A stretch of DNA of 34,584 nt, taken from NCBI GenBank assembly GCA_022813965.1, contig JALDZS010000082.1, positions 62,001 to 96,584 of the forward strand, given 5' to 3'. The stretch is from Toensbergia leucococca (lineage: Eukaryota). Position numbers and translations under genes: made by a program. Below, piece by piece: positions 24,701-34,584 of the stretch. The notes under the pieces were generated by a model, which made no database searches, had not been told where the DNA came from, and saw nothing but the letters and a program-made list of their open reading frames with translations. Numbering within the stretch: position 1 is the stretch's first letter; the number at the start of each line of letters is the position of its first letter.

Positions 24701-25582
24701 GGAGACGAAGATCAAGTCTTCCTCGGTAACACTACAGATAACAATACATTTCCTTTCAACGGTGAAAACACACCCTTCTCCATCAGCTTCTTAGCCACCA
24801 CACCTACACTTTCCTTGCGCTTAGTGAAGCGCCAGGATCAAAGCTCCCCCAACAGCACAGATCCCTTTCCAGACTTGACCAGTGCAATTCCTCCCGCAGC
24901 TACGAATTCAAACGGCACCGCCGTCTCAGCAAATCTTCTCCCATTCCCCTCCGCCCAGCCCCTCCGCCTCTACAATCGCGGCCTCGCCACCGAACACTAC
25001 GGCTTCTACACCTACTACGACCGGTCCATTTTCCTTAAATCGTCCGCTCCACTCAATTCCTCCTCCGTTAGCGAAATCCCAGACGACGAAAACGGCGGCT
25101 CTTCTGAATCCGCCGCCACAGTCCGCTGCACCTGGGCCCAAACTCGATTCCTCGTCCAAATCTGGACCAACCGAGGCACCTCTGCCGCACTTCTCCAAAA
25201 CACCACCTCGGCAACAATGACCCCTTCTCCAACTACGCCCTCTACCCCAACCCAGACAACAAATCTCACCGCCTCCTCGGCCAACGACTTTGTCCGCCCA
25301 GGTTCTTTTCCTTATCCCGTCTCCATCACCTTGGACAGACACGGCGGCGATATCGTGAAGAAGATGATTTATTGCTACGGGTTGGATGATCGGGAGGAGG
25401 TGGTGGATGGGAAGAGGAAGATTCAATTGGAGGATCGGGCGTTTGGGGGCTCGGCTGTTAATCCGGCGATGGGGGCTTTTGGGCATGTCAATGTTAGTTT
25501 GGCGGAGGGGGGACCGGGGGGGATAGATGGGGGGACGGGGGGGTGCGGGTGTGTTTGGAGGAATTGGGAGGGTGGGGGTTGA
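21752..25582 (+). CDS. Large single-pass (type II) membrane glycoprotein of unknown function, 1276 aa
   Basis: Uninterrupted ORF. Long disordered S/P-rich N-terminus, basic patch KAKKRR, then TM helix (LYIIITTLLLIMIILIVVLAMTL). The C-terminal domain has many N-x-S/T sequons and several Cys (GCIQPATMWSCALP, VRCTW, YCYG, GGCGCVW). Confidence 0.85.
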   Translation: MTAIDTHPSCLDPPSFPVARIPFSSPIGEEVFTPTSDHSKASIAGGSSSSLGSGTTDGVGRGISSSRTRRPSAQKSLKQGSEQNHWTGRKRSKLPGLNVVTNFSKLPDTSHRAAENFIERDRDMKTKRQNTRPGFVDLSDIHSMGAVDKRNIGTSVERGDRKEGAAKSSVHELRVHDNIKDEQGVHPEKAPAGLNSKRSERSLNSRSNIQGEIKGPVNSLKRSSSKMTELSPSDRPIVIGISIPSSRLAEHARSPEPDNAEPRGLTIQQYATDTGSSVAPTIVVTPAKNEAPWSALAEETYTPHRRRPSSSIYSRATHQARAVSQMNNVPPLPPHPPRAFYATGNATPSPLDESTGKRLRERAVSSCTVFDEDDSPPTGTRGRTYSGESQLKILNRSSLDTIATRHRSQGWWNQILSPFLTRSNTMMSMHSPAEDKAIPELPYPFQARATAHKQNPEDTSHRSPPWTPESGKPRSDCTSIWTDASHWEAERRTIGLAFDHPATRELQMPGESGALDLPAQFEGFGAAAEYFQGCWHDQNSPTPFFKCQNHACIPTNATSPNVQNSDSIPKTLEDDVGPLNDGVEDGRRDQSQASAFHQTPANRFSAAFRQAAVSKPRANSEITEIEEIDTTPEVQDAYVAPVVRAGNPISAIQPSSIDTSSEPVKETMKSPQPSYSSSRQLPPYSPPRSLKAAKRIVAVMPPDHARSIDEQALSPEPVSPALQKTMISKDGILMGEVPDEVSPPTVQKMYATNQYHRSPPTRLPSETVTLADFEPPPNAKRVKRVPEESREFREKSDSRPRDTNNQSVSRYRKCLDSGGPKAKKRRCLYIIITTLLLIMIILIVVLAMTLTRKGDKMPIQSQWLNITGYPPIPTGIATIAQPDAVEEDSGCIQPATMWSCALPKEEQQSVAPNDPDQPNFRLEIRFRNDTLTNSTTSNSTNVGKRSQAYAANPFSIASLLRRRLLGIRDSFTDALYNPSPPPPGDEDQVFLGNTTDNNTFPFNGENTPFSISFLATTPTLSLRLVKRQDQSSPNSTDPFPDLTSAIPPAATNSNGTAVSANLLPFPSAQPLRLYNRGLATEHYGFYTYYDRSIFLKSSAPLNSSSVSEIPDDENGGSSESAATVRCTWAQTRFLVQIWTNRGTSAALLQNTTSATMTPSPTTPSTPTQTTNLTASSANDFVRPGSFPYPVSITLDRHGGDIVKKMIYCYGLDDREEVVDGKRKIQLEDRAFGGSAVNPAMGAFGHVNVSLAEGGPGGIDGGTGGCGCVWRNWEGGG

Positions 25583-26038
25583 AGGGTTTTGGAGTGGGGA
25601 TGCGGGGGGTGTTGGCATGGGAACTCTCGTGGTGATGGAAATCTGTATATATATTCAAATTTTATAGACATTATAGACATCACAGGCCTCCTCCTTCCCT
25701 TATACTTTCCTCGCTTCCTTCTTATATTCTATGCAGGCCCCACGAAATCCCTTCATCACTGGCGAAATGGATAGAGAGCCAGGGTGTTGCCGTCTGATGT
25801 AAAATTTTTGGACCTACGTTGTAGGAGGTTGCTTTTGCATCCACATGTTTGCACCCATCTAAGTACAAAGAAAGCTGTTTCCTGATTTAACAAAAAATAA
25901 AAAAAGGTACCGCTCCAATCGAAATACAAATTATTGCCACCCACCCCTCAATTAAACCAGAGAAAAAAAAGAATAGAACATCACATGCCCCTCTCCTCCA
26001 AAAATCCCTCTTTACATACATATCCACAATCAACCCAC

Positions 26039-28577
26039 TCACCACTCCCTCCCCGGAAAAATCTTCCGCATCAACTTGACATGCTCCTCACTCCCCCCTA
26101 TCCCCACCCCGACCCCCTCCCCCTCCTCCTTCTTCCCCTTCCCCAACAACCCCCCCGCAGCCTTCATCCGCACAGATCGCATATCCCTCTTCCCGTCCGC
26201 CCGCAGCCGATAACCCTCCTCGTCCCGCCGCCCAATGTAAATGACATCCCCACCAGCGCCCCGGTTCTCCGGCGGCGCATCTTCCATCTTTTTTTCGGGA
26301 GGCGTGGCCGCACCGGTCGTTTTGCGGCGCTTGCTCGACGGGCCGGAGACGAAGCCGCCGCTCATGGCGCGGCGGATGATGCGGCCTCTTGTGCTGCTGC
26401 TTGCTTGAGCTGTGTGGGTGGTTGTGGAGGAGGGGCCAGCCCAGTCTGGTTTTTCCCATTCCGGGGTTGGGAGGTTGAGGGGAGCGGTTTTGCGGCGGTG
26501 GCCGGGTTTGCGGCCGGTAGTGCCGCGTTTGTGGCCGGGGGTGTGGGTGCCGGAGGATCTTGGAGGAGCAGAGTCGTTGGAGGAGGGTGAGGAAAGGGGG
26601 AGTGCAGGGTGAGGAGTTGTTGAGGAGTGGGGAGATGGATTTGGTTGGTTTGTTGAGGGGGCTGATGGATCTGTGGGCGTGGAGGGGATTTCTATTTGTG
26701 GTCTTGAGGTTAGTCGGAGAGAGTTCGGGTTTCTGACGAGTTTGATTGCTTTAGCTAAGTTGTCTGCTTGGCCTGCGTCGAGGTTTTCGAGGCCGCGTGG
26801 TTGAGTCTTTGAAGGGTGTTCCATGGGCGAGGTCCTGTCTTGTTGCTTTTGAGGACCCTGCTCTCTAGATGGTCTTCGCGTAGATATTTGAGACGATTGC
26901 GAGTCGGAATCGGACTCCTCTGAGGTCTCCTCTGGTAGGTATTCTAGCTCATCTTCGTCGTCTAGTGCTAGCGACAAGTGATCTTGATAATGATCATTAG
27001 ACTCGTTTTCCACAGTGGCTACCATGGATGAAACGGGCAGATCAAAGCTCGCCTTCGATTTCGGAAGCTTCACAGTGGTACCCGGCAAAGATTTCCCCAT
27101 CCTCATTGGTCGTCTTGCGAGAGATCCTCTCATTCTAGCAAACTGATGCATTCGCGGAGAATCATCATTCAGTCCAGACTCTTGAACGGCAGATTGAATT
27201 GGTTTAATTGCTACCTCGAGACGTTGTGGAGGATCCCGAGTCAAATCAGTATTGATAGCGGTAGAGCGTGTGGGGTCATTCGCTGTTTCGAGACATAGTA
27301 GGGAGTCTTGCGTTCTGCCAGTAATGGTATGGGTAGATTGAGTGCCTTCATCTGCGGTCTCGAGACGTTGCGGGGAGCCCTGAGTTGGGCCAGACATGAC
27401 ATGAATCGACTGCGTGGTTTCGCTGGCTTCTTCGAGACATTTGATACGGTGCTTCATCATCTCTAATTGAAGCTTGAGCGCATCAACTTCGCTGGCTTTA
27501 CTACTGGTGTGTACGACACTCTTGGTAAGCCGATCGAAGTCCTTAGTAGAGACTGTTGCGTGCCTGGTGTCTTGAACAGATTTGAAAAGATGGGCTGAGG
27601 GGATAGATTGAGCTTTCATCTCAGCAATGGTAGCCTGCATTGAATTCATTTCATTCTTGAGGCCTTCAACGCTCGCTAAAATACGATCAATGTCTTTTCG
27701 CTGTTCGCTGAGCAGTTGCGAATAATCTGCCAAAGGTGCTTGATTGTATCCGAAGCCACTTCCTATTGCTGGAATCGGTGGAAGATGACTGGCAGAACTC
27801 TGAGCAATTCCAGTACTCGCACCAGAAGCGGACTGTCCTTGATTTTCAATGGGCGTTTCAGTAGGCACTACACTGGGATGAGAGGGAGATGCTTTTTGAA
27901 TGTCGTCAATGCCCTCAAGATGCTCACGAACAACAACGGGGCCGTCCAAAATAGGAGTAGATGTTCCAGCCACAGCAGGACTCTGAGCAATGCTCCCCCG
28001 ATCATAAGGCCATGTTGGATTTTGAATTATTGCTTTGACAAGTTTGCCGGTAGGAGAGTATTTCAAAGACATTTTTGTAAGCTTGAGAAAGTTTTGATCT
28101 CTATATGTGGATTCTTAGTATGAGCTAGGGAGAAAAGTGGGAGGAAGTTTGAGGACAAGATGAGAGTGGTATTATAGCTCTCTGATTGCAAAGATAAATG
28201 GGAAATGTGGGAAGGCTGGGATTGTAAGAGCAAGATCAAAATGCTATAAATGGAATAATTGTTGAATGACAGTGGACCTACTTGTACTGGGTCTTGTGAA
28301 TTGGTGCAAGAACACATCTCAGGCCTACACCAGTACCGCAACTGGCACAACGCAGCGGCTGAACCACACAATCTTCGAGTTGCGAGTCTTTTGCACCTGG
28401 TCGGACTGGGCCAGATCTGTTGAGACCACCGTCAGAGTGAGGCTTTTCATGACGGCCATAGGTAAAGTATGAAGCAGAGATCTGGGTCCAAGTATTTCTA
28501 CAGCTGCAAAGAAACGTGGAGCAGCTTCGACAGAAGCAAGCGACAGCACCGATGTCGGCTGCCAAGTCTCCAGACAT
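26039..28577 (-). CDS. Protein with N-terminal Yippee/Mis18-like Zn-binding domain, coiled coils and long disordered region, about 785 aa, 2 exons
   Basis: Exon 1 28577-28282 (MSGDLAADIGAVACFCRSCSTFL..LRCASCGTGVGLRC..QYK). Intron 28281-28101 (GTAGGT..TACTAAG..ATAG) splices in frame (KDQNFLKLTK) into the 677-aa ORF. Two CxxC pairs about 60 aa apart. Heptad segments QRKDIDRILASVEGLKNEMNSMQATIAEMK and EVDALKLQLEMMKHRIKCLEE. Confidence 0.72.
27190..27440 (-). repeat. Coding 72-bp (24-aa) diverged tandem repeat, about 3.5 copies
   Basis: The anchor tcgagac recurs at 27216, 27288, 27360 and 27432 (period 72). Peptide: CLEEASETTQS../RLETADEGTQS../CLETANDPTRS../RLEVAIKPIQS. Confidence 0.8.
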
Positions 28578-28730
28578 AGTCGAGACTCGAGTCAATTGCT
28601 GGATTTTGCGGGTGTCGAAAGAAGTACGCCTTGAATTGAAGCTTTCTCCGGTTGTGACATTGATTTCAAGACAATCACGCCAATAAGAGAGGAGAAAAGC
28701 TACAAGAAGATTGAAATGATTGATATAGAT

Positions 28731-28754
28731 ATGGAGATGGAGATGGAGATGGAG
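28731..28754 (+). repeat. (ATGGAG)4 microsatellite
   Basis: Read directly, upstream of the 28577 ATG. Confidence 0.7.
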
Positions 28755-29528
28755 GCTTTTGCAGGGTTTCGATATTGGATACGGAGTACGGAGTATTGGA
28801 TGTAATTTTAGATTTTGCGGCGTGGGGAGAGTGGCACGAGTGGGTAGCACGGTGGGTAGGGGTGGGGGTGGGGGGCACTAGGGGGCAAACGGGAGTGACG
28901 GTCATCTAAATGCTAAAAGGCACTAAGGTACCTATCGTGCCTAAGGTATTTACCTACCAGGTATTTAATATTTTTAAAAATTATTCCAATAAGTTGTATG
29001 CGAGTGCGAGACTTGCAGCCGGATGCAGCTCCTTTGCCATGGGAACTCATCCTTCGTAGAGACCCATGCAACTGGTGCGAGCCAACGATTAAATGCGTCA
29101 GTAGCATCGATGGATAAGAGCCGGCTCTAATCGATAGAGCCATGGAAAGCATAGGTTGAAAATATCCTTAAGGAAAAGTAATCCATAATCCATGTTGAAT
29201 TGGAGGTGTGCAATGCGGAGGATGAGCAGTAACGCTTCCTGTTATCTTCACTGAAGTCAATCTCTTGGGACCTATAAATCCTCATTACCTCCTACACACA
29301 TGAGATGACAGCGGTCTCTAGACATAGGAAAACTACCTGGTGTACCTAATTATCGCGCGTCCACGTGATCAGATTTGCCGCTGTGTTCTAACCAGAAAGC
29401 CAAGCAGACATTCTTGGCCTTAGCGCTCCGCCAAGTCCTCCACCCCAAATCTGCTAGCTTCTCCTGCACACATTATCTTGTTTCAACTCAGCAAAGAGAA
29501 TATCTTCCTTCCCCTCTTTCCCGTCGAC

Positions 29529-31455
29529 ATGCCTCAGAACCAAACAAAGCCAAATGCTCAAAGACATGGGCGGCAAGTGTCGGAATTGAAATCACTTGCC
29601 AGTAAAGGTGACACATTCACGTTAAACACCCATCCTACCCCTTGCTGACCATCCATAGGGAAGCATTCTCGTCGTATTAAGCCTAAACAACTACTCAAGC
29701 CCGTCCGCAAAAGCATTCATCTACAAGAAATACAGCGCAAGACTCCGGAGCGAAAAGCTCTACTTCCCTCTCCTTCAGCGACCAACTCCTTCGTTGAAGA
29801 AGTGTGTTATGTTGTCATCTTCCATATTATATCATGAATGCTAACTCGCACCAAAGACTCCACAACACCCGCCAGCTTTAGAAAACGCTCCTAATCTGGA
29901 ACGAAAACGAAAGCGATCGCAAGAAGCTGAATATTCAACTCCGCGAGATCAGGAAAAGCCTGCCCAAAAACGAGCATGAACCTCATTGAAAAGCAACGCT
30001 GCTGAGGACAAAGAAGTAGGGAGCGATACCGATAACAAGAAGAGTAATTCAATCAATCATTGGATTCAGGAGGGGAGCTGGCCTAAAAAGTATTTTGAAC
30101 AAGAAATCAATATGACTTTATCTCTTGCGCAGAAAAATTCCTCCGCTTCTCTTCACTGTCAAGCATTGAACTCTAGTTCTGTCACACCCAGCCAAAAGAG
30201 AGAAGACAAGAGCGCGCCTTACAAAGATCCATCCTATGTTAATTGGCTCACAGACAATGGAAGTTTTCTGATTGAATACCGTCAAGGAATCACAGATGAA
30301 GGCAAGAAAGAGTGTCAGATTCTGCTAGAAAAAGAGCAGGCGGTGCCTCAAGATTCATTATTCCGTGACGATCTGTTCAAAGAAACCTGTGATAAACTAT
30401 GAGACAGAAACAAGGTGAGGGTTATCAGCGATATTTCTCGATTGATTGTTCCTTCTGCTGAGACTCTAGCGACATATGGTGCCGCTCATTTAGAGCATCT
30501 GATAGTCGGCATGAATGAACGCTGGAACGAATCTATTCCTATAATCACTACCGCTGTCCGTCCACAACCTGACTTTTCTGTGGGTTTCAAGCGATCTGCG
30601 TTTACTCAGGACCAGCTTAGAAAGCTGGAGCCCTTTACTGAAAATGTCTATGCCGCAACTAAACTTTGTTCCTTTTTCCTTGCTACGTGGAGAATGTACT
30701 TTCCATTTTTCACTTGTGAAGTCAAATGTGGGACTGAAGGACTTGATATTGCGGACCGACAAAACAGTAACAGTATGACTATTGCTGTCAGAGGTATAGT
30801 CGAACTTTTTAGTTACGTTAAACGCAAGAACGAGCTTCATCGGAAAATTCTAGCTTTCTCAATCTCGCACGATGATAAAGCTTTGAATATCTATGGCCAT
30901 TACCCTGTGGTTGATGGAGATAAGACCGAATTCTACCGCTACCCTATTGATAATATCAACTTCAGGGCCTGAGATGGCAAAGAGAAATGGACAGCCTACA
31001 AATTCACAAAGAGCATCTACGATGTATGAATGTCAGATCACTACAAGTTGATCTGCTCGGCTATTGATGACATACCGGTCAATCTAAATTTTGGAGTCTC
31101 ACTTGATGATTCATTCATCTCAGTTGCTAGCGCTGACGAATCAGATCTACCTGTTTCACAGGAAATAGTGACAAGCGCTCCTACGTCGCAGGACACCGCG
31201 GGCTTCAAAAAACCAAGGCTGACAGCAAATGTCATGCTAAAGGAGCAGAATGATGGGTTGAAGGAGCAAATTAAAGATCTGATAAGCATGCTAAAACAGC
31301 AAACTCCGTTAAACACCAGCTCTGGTAACGATTCTATGCTAAGTGAGCAACTCGCCCTGCAGAAGCAAGAGAACATGGAGAACAAGCAGAAAATGAAGGA
31401 ACTAAAGGAGCAAATCAAGGAATTGATGAATATGCTGAAACATCGAACTACCTAG
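29529..31455 (+). pseudogene. Pseudogene of a multicopy fungal family with a PD-(D/E)xK-like core (DUF7924-like)
   Basis: ATG 29529 and introns 29608-29658 and 29802-29856, then one frame with TGA stops at 29977, 30400, 30970 and 31027. Motifs LIVPSAE, PQPDFSVGF, FPFFTCEVKCG, LDIADRQN, ILAFSISHD, IYGHY and GKEKWTAYKF. C-terminal coiled coil. Family name is from memory. Confidence 0.78.
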
Positions 31456-32752
31456 TCCTTGTGATTTTGCGACACTGAAGATGCTGCTTGTCTGGGCCAT
31501 TTCAGCTTGCGTAAGAATTTTATTGTAGATAGTTTTATCTCAAACCTCACATCCCTGATGTGTTTCAGAACCTTGGCCTTCCTAGTCAAGGTCTTCAATC
31601 AGGCAAACGGTTACTGAGCACTCGCAAACATATTCCTGGTTTGCACTCAACATATTTCTATCATTTCACGCCTCTCTCAGTATTCATCGGTCAAAACGGT
31701 TGTTTCTATATTACTGCTGCTTTGAAACAAGATGGTGCTTGCAAGAGAAGCGGTAAAAGTGAATGTGATGAAGATTGAAGCTAGCGGCTCATGACTTCTC
31801 CGCGCTTACCTTCACATCTCCTAGTTTTGTTTCATAGTTCTTCGCTTCAGAAATATCACTTTGCGTGAAATTTGAATGTCTTTCAATTCAGGAAACACAC
31901 TCCTGTTTGATGGGTCTCAGTCAAACAAGACAATACGCTCATAGAGAATGATTGTGATGGTATAAGAGGAGTCAGGCATAGTAATGAGCATTTCAATTGA
32001 TATCTTGTCACTCTGATTGAAAGTGAAATTGAGCTGATCTGTGTCTTAACAGCCAAATAGGCGTTGGTTAGCTTTGGCATTCTGATCCTGCAATCTCTGC
32101 GCTCCATCAGAGGAAGCAGGTTCATCAGTAGCTCACATACGGATTCAAATAGACACCTTGCCTAGTAATAAGTTATGAACAAGCTCCTTTTTGTAAGCCC
32201 TCCTCACTGCTAAGGCCCTAATCCTAGTCATATGTCTTGCAATCTACTCTCTCTTGCTGATTTTTGAACCAGCTTTATGCGGCTTCTCTGTATTCATCCC
32301 TTGATCGGAATAGTGTTCTCTTAGATCGGAACTTTATTGCCAGCGTGGTCAACGCTAGCCGGGACTTAAAGGTGTATGCGTCCAATATGTATGTACACTC
32401 AAAGGATGTTGTATGCTCAAAGGTATAAACAAGCTCAGAATTCAAGACCCAAATATCCGGTACCTGCTTCAGTTTCAGTACCCCGATTCAATTTCTTTTT
32501 TGATTCAATAGAGATCGGGTAGGAGGTTCTCACACTATTTTGCGATCCTCACTATTCGATTCTCTCTTTGCAATCACACCAACTTGGCTGATCTTCTTCC
32601 GTTGGCCACCTACTCTGCGCCATATCTCGAGAGTTTAAAGAGGTCATTTGATGCCAACGATCTCCTGATCTTCTACCGTTTTAGTAAATCTCCTCTCTTG
32701 CGTTGGCTGACCGGGCTAACAGTACCACGCAGAAGTCCTGCCCTGAATCACC

Positions 32753-34363
32753 ATGAACAAATCCTATCAACCACATCAAGCGAATTCAATGATGCTGAAT
32801 CCTGTCAATGAGTCAAGATATGATACTTCCTTCTTGATCCACGATAGATCGACTGAGCTGGACCATAAGGGAAGGACGCCGGCAGAGAGACATGCCCTTT
32901 TTATGACAGGCTTTACAAATATCTTGCGACATGAAGGCTTACGGTCGCCGGGATATTACCATGACAAATCCCAATGTATATCTTTTCAGGACTGTTCTCC
33001 AGCAGAGATGAGCATTATCAAGGCCGAACGGTTGAAATGGGGCTACGTAGAACCTAAAGAGCTGGCTAAATGATTGCGACAGTTGAAGCCTTCCCATAAC
33101 TTCACTCTCCGGAAGTACCGCCCTCCCGGGATGGTGTGAGAGAAGTCCTCAATACCTGTGACACCACAAATAGAATACTCCCCTAAGGTTGATTGAGTTC
33201 TGAATCAAGAAGATGACATATGAGAATTAAAAAAACGATTGAGAGACTCCTTAATCAAGACCTATCTAGATGAAGTGCAGAAGGACTGAGACAGAGTGTG
33301 CGACATCAAGCTAACCCCCATGCCTGATATCTATCTCTTAACACACATCAATCACAGTCCATCCGGGACTCTCTTCCCGCGGTATTTGGTTAAAGCTCTA
33401 TGGAACCTACTTGACTCCACACACAAAAGGGGATTCTTCTGTTGTTATGACAAAGAGGATCGCGCAAAGAGGAGAAGAGAAGAAACAATCCATCAATGGC
33501 AAGAGGAACATCCGGGTGAGATCCTGGCAGATGATGCGCTTTCTATATACCGGACTTGGCCAGCAGAGTTGATGGCTCACTTGAACGAGATAGATCGAGA
33601 AGCAATCCGGGAAGGAAGGAAACTTTATATGACCGATCTCGAAAAGACTGAGCAGAAGATGCAAGAATTAGTTGCATTCTGAAGGAATTGTGGTCTGGTC
33701 ACCGGAACCAGGACCCCGCCATCACCGCAGTGATCAGATCCTAAGGCCAAACTACGCGGTATTCACATGCCAAGTTACTTCAGGTCAAGATTGAATAAAC
33801 TTCAATTGGAATTTGGTCATGATCATAACGAAGGAGTGAAACGAGTGATGATCGAGAATGCTCGTTGGAAAGAAGCAGTCCTAAATACGGACTCCGATCC
33901 TATGATATCTGAGCTGCCGTTGACGCAGCCGTTACTGCAGAAGCTGGAAGTTGTCTGGAAGGGCTACGAATCCTTAAGAGATGATGAATATGTGGAAGAT
34001 GCGATGATTGACGTGCTTGGTCGGTGAAGAAGGGGAGAAGAAGATGAGCCGTGCTCAGGAAGTTCTAGTCCTCCCGGTTCACAATATTCTCCTATCATGA
34101 CGCCTCAAATATTGCCGTCTATTATTATACCAAAGCAAACGGCAGCACAACATTCATCTGAGCAGGTTAAGAATAGCAAAACTCAAAGCTTTGTTCGAGG
34201 TGTGCAAAAAAGAAGCAAGGCTCAGTCGAAATCGTCCAGCAAACGTCGGAGATCAGGATCCGACGAGAGTTCCCAGAGGTTCCTACGCCTCTTAACTCCG
34301 CCTATATCGAAGTGATCGAGAATTCGTCAAAATAAAAGGAACTCCGGATTAACGTCGATCTAG
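32753..34363 (+). pseudogene. Pseudogene of an unidentified protein (about 536 codons) with 9 in-frame TGA stops and no frameshift
   Basis: ORF-track fragments 32753-33073, 33296-33682, 33767-34027 and 34097-34315 are all in one frame. The only interruptions are TGA at 33071, 33137, 33194, 33221, 33287, 33680, 33731, 34025 and 34313. The first TAG is at 34361-34363. The translation reads as globular protein. Confidence 0.72.
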
Positions 34364-34584
34364 AAGTATCGTCAATACTTTCGATTCTCGCGAATGGTCA
34401 ATGCTTCGCATTTCACCCCAATCCCCAGACTTTTGCAAGGTCGACATAACACGACTGCGCCAGCTAACACTGCTTTCACTGCTGAGACAGCATACTCACA
34501 AAAACTGCTATATATGTTTCCTCCGCATAGTCTTGATCTGAAGGCCAGGAGATATATCATCAAACACAATTAGGTACGAGTAAG

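Noticed and set aside
24926..26612. Long antisense ORFs (230, 218 and 123 aa) at the convergent gene ends
   Set aside because: By-products of GC-skewed coding sequence on the opposite strand, with no independent domain signal.
29529..34363. UGA recoding (mitochondrial insert or selenoprotein)
   Set aside because: Spliceosomal introns are present, TGG is used for Trp, several TGA contexts suit Arg, and neighbouring genes stop at TGA.

Overview
Eukaryotic DNA from a filamentous ascomycete (Pezizomycotina-type): short GT..AG introns with CTAAC/CTGAC branch points and a standard genetic code. The highlight is at the left end. A 4-exon DUF3328/UstYa-family oxidase gene (two HxxHC motifs, 697-1809, minus) sits head-to-head with a secreted, Kex2-cleaved repeat precursor gene (2840-3748, plus). 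This is the minimal architecture of a fungal RiPP (dikaritin-type) locus. Its precursor is unusual: a constant VDSTSAxE segment followed by hypervariable Trp-initiated cores, plus one unrelated two-Cys module. The middle of the window is mostly housekeeping-type: a conserved hypothetical protein, a LIM-RhoGAP (LRG1-like), a tandem-UBC E2 enzyme, an MNN10-like GT34 mannosyltransferase, a 1276-aa single-pass membrane protein and a Yippee/Mis18-like Zn-domain protein. The right end holds two frame-intact pseudogenes interrupted by 13 stops, all TGA, which suggests CpG-biased C-to-T hypermutation rather than canonical CpA RIP. All gene models were spliced by hand and no database searches were run.
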